Shown: positions 1-8,177 of the stretch, in pieces | How positions within the stretch are numbered: the stretch's first letter is position 1 | Layout: every line of letters begins with the position of its first letter | NCBI GenBank assembly: GCA_002762785.1 | Contig: PCXY01000003.1 | Location: forward strand, 3,317 to 67,316 | Length of the DNA: 64,000 bases | Direction of reading: 5' to 3' | Source: Candidatus Woesearchaeota archaeon CG10_big_fil_rev_8_21_14_0_10_45_16 | GTDB lineage: Archaea; Nanobdellota; Nanobdellia; Woesearchaeales; GW2011-AR9 | The notes under the pieces: model-generated | Told to the model about the DNA's origin: nothing | Databases searched by the model: none | What the model saw: only the letters and a program-made list of their open reading frames with translations | Program-made: the position numbers and the translations under genes

Positions 1-171
1 CCTTTTCCTGATATTCTCTTTTCCTTCCGGAATCTCATGATACAAGACCCTTTCTCCTTCCGGATCAAAGACCATCACTGGATCATTGACGGATTTAGTG
101 AGGGCGAGAGCCGCTCTCCGAACATATTGGAAAACCATCTGGTCAACTCCGTCTTGTGGCCGCAGATACAT
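1..171 (-). CDS. partial ORF running off the left edge (first 57 aa, MYLRPQDGVDQMVFQYVRR...), unknown function
   Basis: Hand translation: ATG at 171-169, 1 nt after the stop (175-173) of the upstream same-strand gene. The frame stays open to base 1. Not in the ORF track because it is short and partial. Confidence 0.3.
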   Translation of the reverse strand, partial: MYLRPQDGVDQMVFQYVRRAALALTKSVNDPVMVFDPEGERVLYHEIPEGKENIRKR

Positions 172-172
172 C

Positions 173-1213
173 TTATTCCACCACCTCAGTCTCGATTTTT
201 TCTAGGTCGCAGAAATCAGTGGTAAAATTATATGCTCCCGCATTGAGGAATGTAACCATATCGCCCACTTTTGGATCATTTAGATAAACACGATACCGGA
301 ACAGATCCATCGAACAAGGAGTTACTCCTTTGATGACGTAGGCCTGTCCAGATCCGTTCGGCAGTTCTCCTTCCACCAGCAGTTTCGCCGGCACCAGGAT
401 GGCATCCATATCCGAGTTGTAGACGGAAGCGTTGATGATGATGTTATGGTCATAGATGGCGATGATCTGGGCATAGAGCTTTCCCGCCGGGGCGGCGATG
501 AACCTTCCCGGTTCGATCATCAGCTTGATCTGCCAGCCGCTTAAGAATAGTTTCAGCTCTTCGATCTTCTTGAAGATTCCCGGCAGGACATCTACATTGG
601 TGTTGGCGTATTCTGACGGCAGACCGCCGCCGATGTTGATGACAGAGATCTTCTGCAGGACTTCTTCACCAAGCATCCTGGTTATCTGGTATCCTAAATT
701 CCATTCGCTCATGTTCTGTGTCTTTCTATGGAAGTGGACACCCAGGTCGATCTTGTCATGATATTTTTTATGGATCTGCTCAACCCTTTCTTTCACTACG
801 TCAGAATCCATCCCAAAGACAAAGTAACGTTCGGTCCTTAAAGTGTTCTCTTTGACTTTCATCCTAAGCAAGAGATTTATCTTCTCTCTGACCTCATTTT
901 TTTCTAAAAATAACAATAATACATCAAGATCTGATTCGTTGTCAACTACAAACCGATTCACCTTCTGGTCTAACAGTTCTTTTATCTGCTGTTCGTCCCA
1001 GGCCTGGGCCAGGAAGACAACTCTCCTCTTATCTTTGATATGTTTTAGTTCATTGACCATATGGATGCTGAATAGGGCATCGCTGTTGTCCTCAAGAATT
1101 GGCGTGACCAACGGATTAGTCTTAGAGCTGAACGCGACGATGTCCGCTGCTTCCTTCACTTTTCTGTACTGCTGTAAGATTGTACTTTTAGATAAGGTGA
1201 ATCTCGGTTTCAT
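173..1213 (-). CDS. PLP-dependent fold-III (Orn/DAP/Arg-type) decarboxylase
   Basis: Ordered motifs: PLP-lysine 'AFSSKTNP', 'INIGGGLP', 'IEPGRFIAA', 'GVTPCSMDLF'. 4-nt overlap with the next gene. Confidence 0.75.
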   Translation of the reverse strand: MKPRFTLSKSTILQQYRKVKEAADIVAFSSKTNPLVTPILEDNSDALFSIHMVNELKHIKDKRRVVFLAQAWDEQQIKELLDQKVNRFVVDNESDLDVLLLFLEKNEVREKINLLLRMKVKENTLRTERYFVFGMDSDVVKERVEQIHKKYHDKIDLGVHFHRKTQNMSEWNLGYQITRMLGEEVLQKISVINIGGGLPSEYANTNVDVLPGIFKKIEELKLFLSGWQIKLMIEPGRFIAAPAGKLYAQIIAIYDHNIIINASVYNSDMDAILVPAKLLVEGELPNGSGQAYVIKGVTPCSMDLFRYRVYLNDPKVGDMVTFLNAGAYNFTTDFCDLEKIETEVVE

Positions 1214-1569
1214 ATCTTGACGATCCTCCTGATGTTCAACGATAATTGCAGATAATGTTCTTCTCCCACGTTTTCGAATGAACCACGCATAGTTCCATCG
1301 ATCATACGCACTACACCATCATTACAAGCTCTCACCAAGTCGTCTTCCAACGATGGCTTCATATCAATGTAGATGCTCCCACAGATCTTATATCCTACTT
1401 CACCAGCGCCGTTCCTAAATCCAGTTGAAGCCTCTTCTCTTGGGGCTTGATCCAATAGCACATAATAACCTGCTCTTGAACGCGCAACATGGCCGAAGAT
1501 GGTTGTCTGGATACTATCTGTTCCAGAACTAAATTCTCTTAACGCTCTCACCAAGTCGTCTTTATCCAT
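1210..1569 (-). CDS. hypothetical 119-aa protein inside the decarboxylase/deoxyhypusine synthase operon
   Basis: Overlaps both neighbours (8 nt and 4 nt). Internal duplicated 'DDLVRA' motif. I recognise no AdoMetDC or PdaD signature. Confidence 0.5.
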   Translation of the reverse strand: MDKDDLVRALREFSSGTDSIQTTIFGHVARSRAGYYVLLDQAPREEASTGFRNGAGEVGYKICGSIYIDMKPSLEDDLVRACNDGVVRMIDGTMRGSFENVGEEHYLQLSLNIRRIVKI

Positions 1570-2503
1570 CTTGCAGCAATCCCTCCTTCCGTAATTCTTC
1601 CAACGCCCGTATCATCGCCAACGGGAACATGATAGTCACATCACCGATAACGGTAGCTACATCGGAATCGTCTTTTACCTTTCCCCAGGACTTGGCTTCA
1701 TCAGTCGTGGCCCCGGACATCGATCCTGAAGTCTTATGGGCAGTAGTCATATAGACCGCATATTCCGCGCCGCCGTTCAGTAAAGTGCAGAGGATGGCGT
1801 GGTGCTTGGAGATACTGCCGCCGAGAGCGATAACTGCTTTCTTTTCATCGTAAGAACTGGAGAACAGGATGTTGCCAAAATCTTTTACCACATCAACGAT
1901 AAAATCAGGATGTTTCTGCTGATATAAGTAAAGGTGGAACCCGAACGCGCCGTCAGTGACAGCTGGGCAGAAGATGGGTATGTCGTTTTTTGCCGCTTGA
2001 TACAGGAGAGAGTTCTCATCTTCCAGCATCAGGCCGATCTCTTTCAACATCTCTGAGACGGCCCAGCGTTTCTGCTTTTCATAAAGCTTGTCTAACACCG
2101 GTGTGATCCAATCTTCAAAATTCATGTAACTCTCATTCTTGATAAGCAGGTTTCCCACCCGGTTGATGCCTTGTTCATGCAGTTCTACGTCATCATGTCC
2201 GAAACGGCCGACTGAGAACGTTTCACCAGTCGATTTCATGATATCTTCCTCGATGCCGCCGACAGTGGTGACGATGACCTGAGCCATCTTCAGCTTTATC
2301 AGTTGGGCGAAGAAACCTCTCAAGCCGGAGGTGACCATGTTGGAAGTGAACGTCAGGTAGATCTTGGCGTTCTCTTTCTTCATCTTGATGATGACATCTG
2401 CCGCTCTTGCTAGTTCGACCGATTGATAGCCGACCTGATGGTACTGGCTGACCAGTTCACTGACGGTCATCCCTGGTGTCCACTGAAAATCTTTTACCTG
2501 CAT
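1562..2503 (-). CDS. dys: deoxyhypusine synthase
   Basis: 'TFTSNMVTSGLRG', 'VGGIEEDIMK' and 'GGSISKHH' match the DHS family; 313 aa. GGTGA Shine-Dalgarno 4 nt upstream of the ATG. Confidence 0.85.
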   Translation of the reverse strand: MQVKDFQWTPGMTVSELVSQYHQVGYQSVELARAADVIIKMKKENAKIYLTFTSNMVTSGLRGFFAQLIKLKMAQVIVTTVGGIEEDIMKSTGETFSVGRFGHDDVELHEQGINRVGNLLIKNESYMNFEDWITPVLDKLYEKQKRWAVSEMLKEIGLMLEDENSLLYQAAKNDIPIFCPAVTDGAFGFHLYLYQQKHPDFIVDVVKDFGNILFSSSYDEKKAVIALGGSISKHHAILCTLLNGGAEYAVYMTTAHKTSGSMSGATTDEAKSWGKVKDDSDVATVIGDVTIMFPLAMIRALEELRKEGLLQDG

Positions 2504-2667
2504 ATATTCACCAAAAACATCTCAAAACGAACCTAAACCTATAGTTTGAAAGAACTTAACTGCCTGCTTTACGGACGGTATCCATGGTGTGGTTATTCTT
2601 GACCCTATTTTTAAATGTTTCTTAGTTGATGGCTGATATGGAATCTTTGATTGACCTTGGTCGGAAG

Positions 2668-3156
2668 TTAAAACCGTCCTGTATCGTCCAAATAAAACTG
2701 TTTTAGTTTCTTTTGGATCGCATCCTCTAGAGATTTTATCCTGACAGCTTCAGGGTATCCGTCGCCATCACGATCTATTGCCAGAGCTTCTAACCTTTGA
2801 TCCCGATCATATGCATATAACTCCATATAATCTGGTTGGCCGTCACCTTCTCTGTCATAACTTACGCTTGTCGGCAGTCCTTGTCCGTCATATCTTACGG
2901 TCCAGATACCTTTAGGTTTTCCTTCAGCATCATATTGAAGCCTTTCAACTTGGTCAGTCCGGCCGTCGCCATCTTTATCTAATTCTGAAGAGATTTTTCT
3001 TCCATTATCATTATAAATATCACGAAGGGCCATTGTTATGTTTCCCTGAGTATCGTAGTTGATTATCTCCTCAGTCCTTTCGGTAGAATCACAGCCTAGG
3101 GCTAAAGCAGTTGTTAGATATAATGCTGGTTTTTTTAACATCTTTGTCAAGCTCAT
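2668..3156 (-). CDS. putative lipoprotein with three DxDGDG calcium-binding-type loops
   Basis: Signal peptide ending in the lipobox-like 'LALGC'. Repeats 'DKDGDGRTD', 'DREGDGQPD', 'DRDGDGYPE'. Confidence 0.6.
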   Translation of the reverse strand: MSLTKMLKKPALYLTTALALGCDSTERTEEIINYDTQGNITMALRDIYNDNGRKISSELDKDGDGRTDQVERLQYDAEGKPKGIWTVRYDGQGLPTSVSYDREGDGQPDYMELYAYDRDQRLEALAIDRDGDGYPEAVRIKSLEDAIQKKLKQFYLDDTGRF

Positions 3157-3180
3157 TTTAGGTCTTAAAAATGGCTTCTA

Positions 3181-3188
3181 CTTATAAA
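3181..3188 (-). promoter_or_regulatory. TATA box (TTTATAAG on minus strand) for 2668..3156
   Basis: 24 nt upstream of the minus-strand ATG at 3156. Confidence 0.5.
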
Positions 3189-3231
3189 TCTTTGCATATT
3201 GACTACTACGCAGTGATGAAGAAGGGAAAAG

Positions 3232-3239
3232 TTTATAAA
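3232..3239 (+). promoter_or_regulatory. TATA box TTTATAAA for 3262..4584
   Basis: 22 nt upstream of the ATG at 3262, giving leaderless geometry. Confidence 0.55.
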
Positions 3240-3261
3240 GAATGGCCGCTATGAGGTCAAT

Positions 3262-4584
3262 ATGAAAAGAGCAGAGGGAAGTAATACTCAAAAAGAACTA
3301 TTAAAAAGCCCTAGCCGTCGGCAGTTCCTGAAGACCTTAGGTATCGCTGCGGCTGTTGGCGCAACTACTAAATACGCTGCTGATGAGATTAGCGATTATG
3401 TTCTGGAAAAGATCCTTAAAGTTGAAGAAGAAGTCCGTGAGACAGTTCTTGATCTTAGAGAGTTTTATGGTACGGTGGATGCTAAACTGGCTGAACAAAG
3501 GAAATTATTGGAGAAAAATTATGGTTCTGCTTTAGATGGTCTACAAAAATTGGATATACTGGATGAAAAGGAGATCGCTGATTTTGAAAAACTAGTTGAT
3601 AATCTGGAAGATGTTGAAAGTCATTATGATTTTGCTGAGAGGGCAAGAATCTTAAAAGACAGGCTTGATCGTAGAATCTTAACTTTGGATACCGTTGTTG
3701 ACAGCTATAAACCTGGTTTCTGGCGTGGAGCTGATGATCTTATTAGGGAAGGTCTTGGCAGGCCATCTGGTGAACATGGAAAAAAATACCGTACAGCCGT
3801 TAAGAAAAGACTTGATGCGCTAAGCCAGATATATGATACCAACTCCGACAATAGGACTGCTGAAACTGCTGTCCTTGGCAAGATCAACGAATATCTGGCT
3901 GATGCGCCACGATTGACATCAGAAGAGAAAGGCCTTCTGTTGTTCCTTAAGGATCAGTATCAAAAACCAGGTGATAAAACTCATCTGAAGAAATTCATAA
4001 ATAACTATGAAGGCTTCAATGCACAGAAAGAGATGGTCCTTAATCTGCGAGCAGCTTTAGTGGAAGGAGAACAAACTTACGAACAGATCAGGAAGAACAA
4101 AGGCTATATGGTTGATCTCGGTCAGATGCTTCAGGATGGAATTGAATTGAAACAGAGGATCAGAGAGACAAATGCAGAAGATTGGATCTCTGGTCATAAT
4201 GAATATCAAAGTCATGCTGACCAATTGAAGAGTAAGGTTGTCCAGATGGTCGATCATCTTAAAGAAGAAGGCTATGATATCGAGACCAGAGATGATTTCA
4301 TCAACAAAGGCACCGTGACTGAAAGTATCGGAAAAGTGCTTTATCGGATCGGCACCATGGCCGCTTTGGCTACCGGCGCTCTGACTGTCTTATATAGGCG
4401 GAAGGGCGATAAGATACGGGCTAAAGAAGATGCTTTGGTAGAAGCCGCAGCTAAGATTGATGACCTGACCTCTAGGCTGCCTCAAGGCTATATCGGAGAA
4501 CCTTACAAAGCAGAAGATCCTCGGGGAGTAAGAAATGTTTTTAAAGACGCAGGAAAATTAGAGGTTTATAAAAATGAAAATTAA
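3262..4584 (+). CDS. Tat-signal, C-terminally anchored coiled-coil protein
   Basis: Twin-arginine motif 'SRRQFLKTLGIAAAVGA'. Long charged helical body. C-terminal hydrophobic 'IGTMAALATGALTVLY'. Confidence 0.6.
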   Translation: MKRAEGSNTQKELLKSPSRRQFLKTLGIAAAVGATTKYAADEISDYVLEKILKVEEEVRETVLDLREFYGTVDAKLAEQRKLLEKNYGSALDGLQKLDILDEKEIADFEKLVDNLEDVESHYDFAERARILKDRLDRRILTLDTVVDSYKPGFWRGADDLIREGLGRPSGEHGKKYRTAVKKRLDALSQIYDTNSDNRTAETAVLGKINEYLADAPRLTSEEKGLLLFLKDQYQKPGDKTHLKKFINNYEGFNAQKEMVLNLRAALVEGEQTYEQIRKNKGYMVDLGQMLQDGIELKQRIRETNAEDWISGHNEYQSHADQLKSKVVQMVDHLKEEGYDIETRDDFINKGTVTESIGKVLYRIGTMAALATGALTVLYRRKGDKIRAKEDALVEAAAKIDDLTSRLPQGYIGEPYKAEDPRGVRNVFKDAGKLEVYKNEN

Positions 4585-4951
4585 AGAATGTGTATTGATT
4601 GAACCGTTCATCTGTGACGTGGATCTTCCTATCGTAGACGTTGCTAAGAAACTACGAACGACTACCCTACGACACATCTTTGTTGTCAATAAAGATAATG
4701 AACCAGCTGGAATCATTTCCGTACTGGATATAAACAATCGACTAGTCGCTGAAGGTAGAGATTATTCTCAAACTCTTGCCAAAGACATCATGTCTAAACC
4801 TGTCGAAAGCTTTAATCTTGAAGAAGATACTTCCGACGTCGGTCAAAAGATGCTTTCTAAAGCTTGGGCTATGAGTCCGGTTGTTGATGAAAATAATAAG
4901 ATGGTCGGTATCGTGACCATCAATCAGGTGCTGAAAAATGAACCGAGATAG
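4574..4951 (+). CDS. CBS-domain pair protein
   Basis: 125 aa with two CBS-like halves ('PAGIISVLDI', 'MVGIVTINQVL'). Overlaps the upstream gene by 11 nt. Confidence 0.7.
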   Translation: MKIKECVLIEPFICDVDLPIVDVAKKLRTTTLRHIFVVNKDNEPAGIISVLDINNRLVAEGRDYSQTLAKDIMSKPVESFNLEEDTSDVGQKMLSKAWAMSPVVDENNKMVGIVTINQVLKNEPR

Positions 4952-5552
4952 ATTTGTTGATGAACATTTGGACAGCTTATTGAATGACCATGAAGTAAAT
5001 CAATATCTTACTAGAGCTAGTCCTGAACAGCGATCAGAGATGGAAGATATGTTACGTCAATCTCTTGGCAGTGGCTATGAAACTCTAGCTAAAGAGTACC
5101 ACGAATCAAAAGGCCTTGGTTCATATTTTGCAACTGCTTTAAAATGGACTGGAACTGCTTTTGATGCTGTAGGAACTTATGCTTTCTGGGCTCTTGGCGG
5201 TGCTGGTTTAGGATTGAAAGCAGTTGGTATGGGACTGAAAACCGGTGCTGATGCTCTTGATGCAAAATATTTTGCGCAACATGCTTCTGAAGCTTCTCTT
5301 GGAGATGGCGTCGCTCTCGCTAGTGAAGGATTAGCTGAACGTATCGCTGCTTATCTACCTCTAGGGGTCGGAGAGATTACAGATGCTTTAAGAGGCAGAT
5401 CAAAATATGATGCAAAAGTTAATGCGCATGCTGTAAGTTATGCCAAACGAGAATTTTTAAACAGATTCGGTGAAGAAAGGCTTAACATCGTTCCTTTGGA
5501 AAGGTTCAGGAATCCATTGTACTCGTTAGATGCTGCCGTTGATGCAGCTTAA
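4938..5552 (+). CDS. hypothetical protein with a Gly/Ala-rich hydrophobic core
   Basis: ORF overlaps the CBS gene by 14 nt. 'WALGGAGLGLKAVGMGLKTGA' segment. Confidence 0.5.
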   Translation: MNRDRFVDEHLDSLLNDHEVNQYLTRASPEQRSEMEDMLRQSLGSGYETLAKEYHESKGLGSYFATALKWTGTAFDAVGTYAFWALGGAGLGLKAVGMGLKTGADALDAKYFAQHASEASLGDGVALASEGLAERIAAYLPLGVGEITDALRGRSKYDAKVNAHAVSYAKREFLNRFGEERLNIVPLERFRNPLYSLDAAVDAA

Positions 5553-5568
5553 TTTTTCTTTTTTTACG

Positions 5569-5838
5569 ATGGCAGACGAATTTGATCTTGGTTTGGATTC
5601 TTTAGATTCCTTAGTGGGGGGAGAGACGATAGAGATGGCTCCACCGCAATATGAACTTCCATTCGGGATAACTCCTGCTGATGTCGTTGATTACATCGAT
5701 TGGGCTGAACAACAGGCTGCAAAAACCTACGCTGATCCTGTGACGGCAGCGATACTGCTTCTACAAGCCAATGAATGTATCAGAAGAACGAGAGAACCAT
5801 ACGGTCCCCATGAAGCCTACGATCCTGAATCTCATTAA
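5569..5838 (+). CDS. hypothetical acidic protein
   Basis: ORF track gives 5530..5838. The internal ATG at 5569 ('MADEFDLG') avoids the overlap and the hydrophobic junk N-terminus. Confidence 0.4.
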   Translation: MADEFDLGLDSLDSLVGGETIEMAPPQYELPFGITPADVVDYIDWAEQQAAKTYADPVTAAILLLQANECIRRTREPYGPHEAYDPESH

Positions 5839-5884
5839 AAACGATAGATCATAAAACCAATAGATCATAAAAACGATAGATTAT
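5838..5884 (+). repeat. three tandem ~15-16 bp direct repeats AAAAC(G/CA)ATAGAT(C/T)AT
   Basis: aaaacgatagatcat / aaaaccaatagatcat / aaaaacgatagattat, read directly. They abut the TATA-like TTATTTAAAT at 5881-5890. Confidence 0.8.
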
Positions 5885-5911
5885 TTAAATCACCTTATTT
5901 TTCTTAAACAG

Positions 5912-6718
5912 ATGAACTTAGTAGATGTCCATTGCCATCTGAACCATGACGCTTTCAAAGATGATTTAGATGAAGTGCTCAAGAGAGCAGAAAAAGCAGG
6001 CCTCAAATCTCTTCTTGTCTCTGGTGTCAATCCTGTCTCCAACCAGCAGGTTCTCGCACTATCCAAAAAACATCCTCTTATCAAAGCATCTCTGGGCATC
6101 TACCCTATCGATGCTCTTGGTCTTTCTGAAGAAGAGATCGGTTTGCCGCGGCAAACTGTTCCTATCAACTTAGAGGAAGAGTTTGCATTCATAAAGAAGC
6201 ATCAAAAAGAGGTTGTTGCCATCGGCGAGGTAGGTATGGATTTCCATTGGGCCGACAAAGAGAAGACTTACCAGCAGCAGGCAGATAATTTCCGAAGGAT
6301 AATCCGTTTTGCTATCAGCATAAAGAAACCTATCGTCATCCATTCCCGGAAAGCCGAGAAAGAGTGTCTGGAGATACTGGAGCAGGAAATAAAAAATAAA
6401 GAGATTCCGGTCATCAACCATTGTTTCTCTGGAAAAAAATCGCTGATCCGCAAGGCAGCGGAACTTGGCCATCATTTCTCCATCCCGCCCAACATCCTGC
6501 GCTCTCACAGCTTTCAGACTTTAGTCAAGATGGTTGACCTGAAACAGCTGTTGACAGAGACAGATTCTCCTTATCTAAGCCCTTATGCCGAGCAGAGAAA
6601 TGAGCCAGCTTTCATCCTGGAATCGATCAAGAAGATCGCTGAGATCAAGCAGATCACAGAAAAAGAAGCCGCCGATAGGATCTGGGAGAACTATTGTAGA
6701 ATATTTAACGTTATTTAA
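5912..6718 (+). CDS. tatD: TatD-family metal-dependent hydrolase/DNase
   Basis: 'VDVHCHL', 'GEVGMDFH', 'IHSR', 'ETDSPYL'. Confidence 0.85.
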   Translation: MNLVDVHCHLNHDAFKDDLDEVLKRAEKAGLKSLLVSGVNPVSNQQVLALSKKHPLIKASLGIYPIDALGLSEEEIGLPRQTVPINLEEEFAFIKKHQKEVVAIGEVGMDFHWADKEKTYQQQADNFRRIIRFAISIKKPIVIHSRKAEKECLEILEQEIKNKEIPVINHCFSGKKSLIRKAAELGHHFSIPPNILRSHSFQTLVKMVDLKQLLTETDSPYLSPYAEQRNEPAFILESIKKIAEIKQITEKEAADRIWENYCRIFNVI

Positions 6719-7896
6719 CGTTTGATCCTTCCGGTTTTTGTCAATTCTGAACTAAGGAACTGCGCCACGAAATATTTCGGCAGGTATAACAGGTACGCCG
6801 CCACCTCTTTTAAGGCATAGGCATCTTTATAGTCAAGGACAGCCTGGATCTGTTCCCCGTTGAACTCATAATCAGCAAAAAACTTCTGGCAATACTCAAA
6901 TTCAGCTTTCTTTTGGTCCTCAAAACGCTCCCATTCATGATGAAGACGACCATCATACTTTCTGACTACACCGTGGAACAGCCGCATCAGATGCATCTCT
7001 TTTTCATCAGATTTGGTGATCTTCCAAACAGCCTCCTTTTCCATGGCATACTTCTTGAAAGCCAGCTGGATCATCGCTTTCACATCACCTATTCCCATGG
7101 CCAGGCAGCGGTGACAGATGGTCAGGAACGCTTCATATGTCGCTTTTGCGCTTCTCTTGAAAAGGACCTCAGTCGGGTTCAGTTTCTTGGCAATGGTCAT
7201 GTGATCCCCGTATCTGTCGATAAGAAATTTTTTGGTATTGTTGAGGATAAAAAGATTCTTGAAACAGCCGTAGATACGCTGCTGGTTATTGAATGTCTCG
7301 ATAGTCAGCACATTATGCATCCTATCGGCCAGCTTGACTTGGATCGCTTTCTCTTTGATGATATCGTCCGGAAATTGATAGACTTGGGCGATGGACTTGT
7401 AATAAAAATCCCGTTTATGCCTAGTGAGCAGCCGGGTGATAGTCAAGACTTCAGCTGCAATCTTGGTGTTGATCTTTTTCTGCCGGCAGACTTTCTCCAT
7501 GTCTTCCTGAAACTCTTTGCTGGCTTTCTCTTCATATTGGTCCAGCATCAGAAGGTGTTCTTTTTGTTTGGCCAGCTTGTTGGCTTTTTTATAAAGATCA
7601 ACCTTTTCTTCGATGAAATCGTGCACCAGACCGGACATCAGCGTAGCCTCATCAGTAACTCCTGCTTCTCTTAAAGCCAGGACAACATTGGCTGGATGGA
7701 TAAATGGATGTTCGCCGTTCTTTCGCATCGGCAGCTTCAGATAGACTTCTTTTGCTTCATTATAAAGATGGAGAAATAGCGGGAATGCGGGAGATTTTGG
7801 ATCCATCAGCTCTTTAGCTGCTGGAAGCCTCTTGACCGGTTTCCAGTGTTTCAGTTCCTGATAGGCCTGATATTCAGGCGTGTCTTTTATCGTCAT
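6715..7896 (-). CDS. HD-domain protein resembling the RelA/SpoT (p)ppGpp hydrolase domain
   Basis: 'HPANVVLALREAGVTDEATLMSGLVHDFIEE' followed by 'VKLADRMHNV', as in RSH hydrolase domains (HP..V...L.E.G.D..TL...LLHD..ED ... KLADRLHNM). Confidence 0.6.
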   Translation of the reverse strand: MTIKDTPEYQAYQELKHWKPVKRLPAAKELMDPKSPAFPLFLHLYNEAKEVYLKLPMRKNGEHPFIHPANVVLALREAGVTDEATLMSGLVHDFIEEKVDLYKKANKLAKQKEHLLMLDQYEEKASKEFQEDMEKVCRQKKINTKIAAEVLTITRLLTRHKRDFYYKSIAQVYQFPDDIIKEKAIQVKLADRMHNVLTIETFNNQQRIYGCFKNLFILNNTKKFLIDRYGDHMTIAKKLNPTEVLFKRSAKATYEAFLTICHRCLAMGIGDVKAMIQLAFKKYAMEKEAVWKITKSDEKEMHLMRLFHGVVRKYDGRLHHEWERFEDQKKAEFEYCQKFFADYEFNGEQIQAVLDYKDAYALKEVAAYLLYLPKYFVAQFLSSELTKTGRIKR

Positions 7897-7947
7897 CGGC
7901 GGGAAATAGATAATTGACAGGACATTTTAAACATTTCGGAAGACTGT

Positions 7948-8123
7948 ACGTATTTAGTTGTGTTCTTTGTGAGCGCAGCACGGCGTCATTATGGCACATA
8001 TGTCAAAATAGGACTTCTAGTGCGCCATCGCCTCAATGGGTCCCAAAAATCATCGATTTTTCAGGACCCCCGGAAATCTTAAGATTTCTCGTGGGCGGCG
8101 CTCACCCACTTAACTAAATACGT
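7948..8123. repeat. 176-bp element with perfect 12-bp terminal inverted repeats, flanked by an 11-bp direct repeat (MITE-like or structured ncRNA)
   Basis: ACGTATTTAGTT (7948-7959) pairs with AACTAAATACGT (8112-8123). TTCGGAAGACT occurs at 7935-7945 and 8123-8133. Nested stems: GTGAGCGC/GCGCTCAC, GGGTCC..GGACCC, GAAATCTTAAGATTTC. Confidence 0.6.
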
Positions 8124-8177
8124 TCGGAAGACTTCAGCACAGATACCTTTTTAAAGTTCTGACCTTCCTGGAAAATC

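Noticed and set aside
2560-2667. Possible C/D-box sRNA (TGATGG...CTGA...TGATTGA) between dys and the lipoprotein gene
   Set aside because: The boxes are imperfect, there is no terminal D box or closing stem, and the spacing is wrong.
6913-7674. 253-aa plus-strand ORF opposite the HD-domain gene
   Set aside because: A shadow ORF. The minus frame carries the HD/SpoT motifs.
7914-8117. 67-aa ORF inside the inverted-repeat element
   Set aside because: It lies entirely within nested palindromes and has no coding-like composition. The structure is the feature.
7935-8133. Recurrence of TCGGAAG/TCCGAAG near several elements (2644, 7937, 8125, 61423, 62109)
   Set aside because: A 7-mer is expected about 8 times by chance in 64 kb on both strands, so it is not significant on its own.
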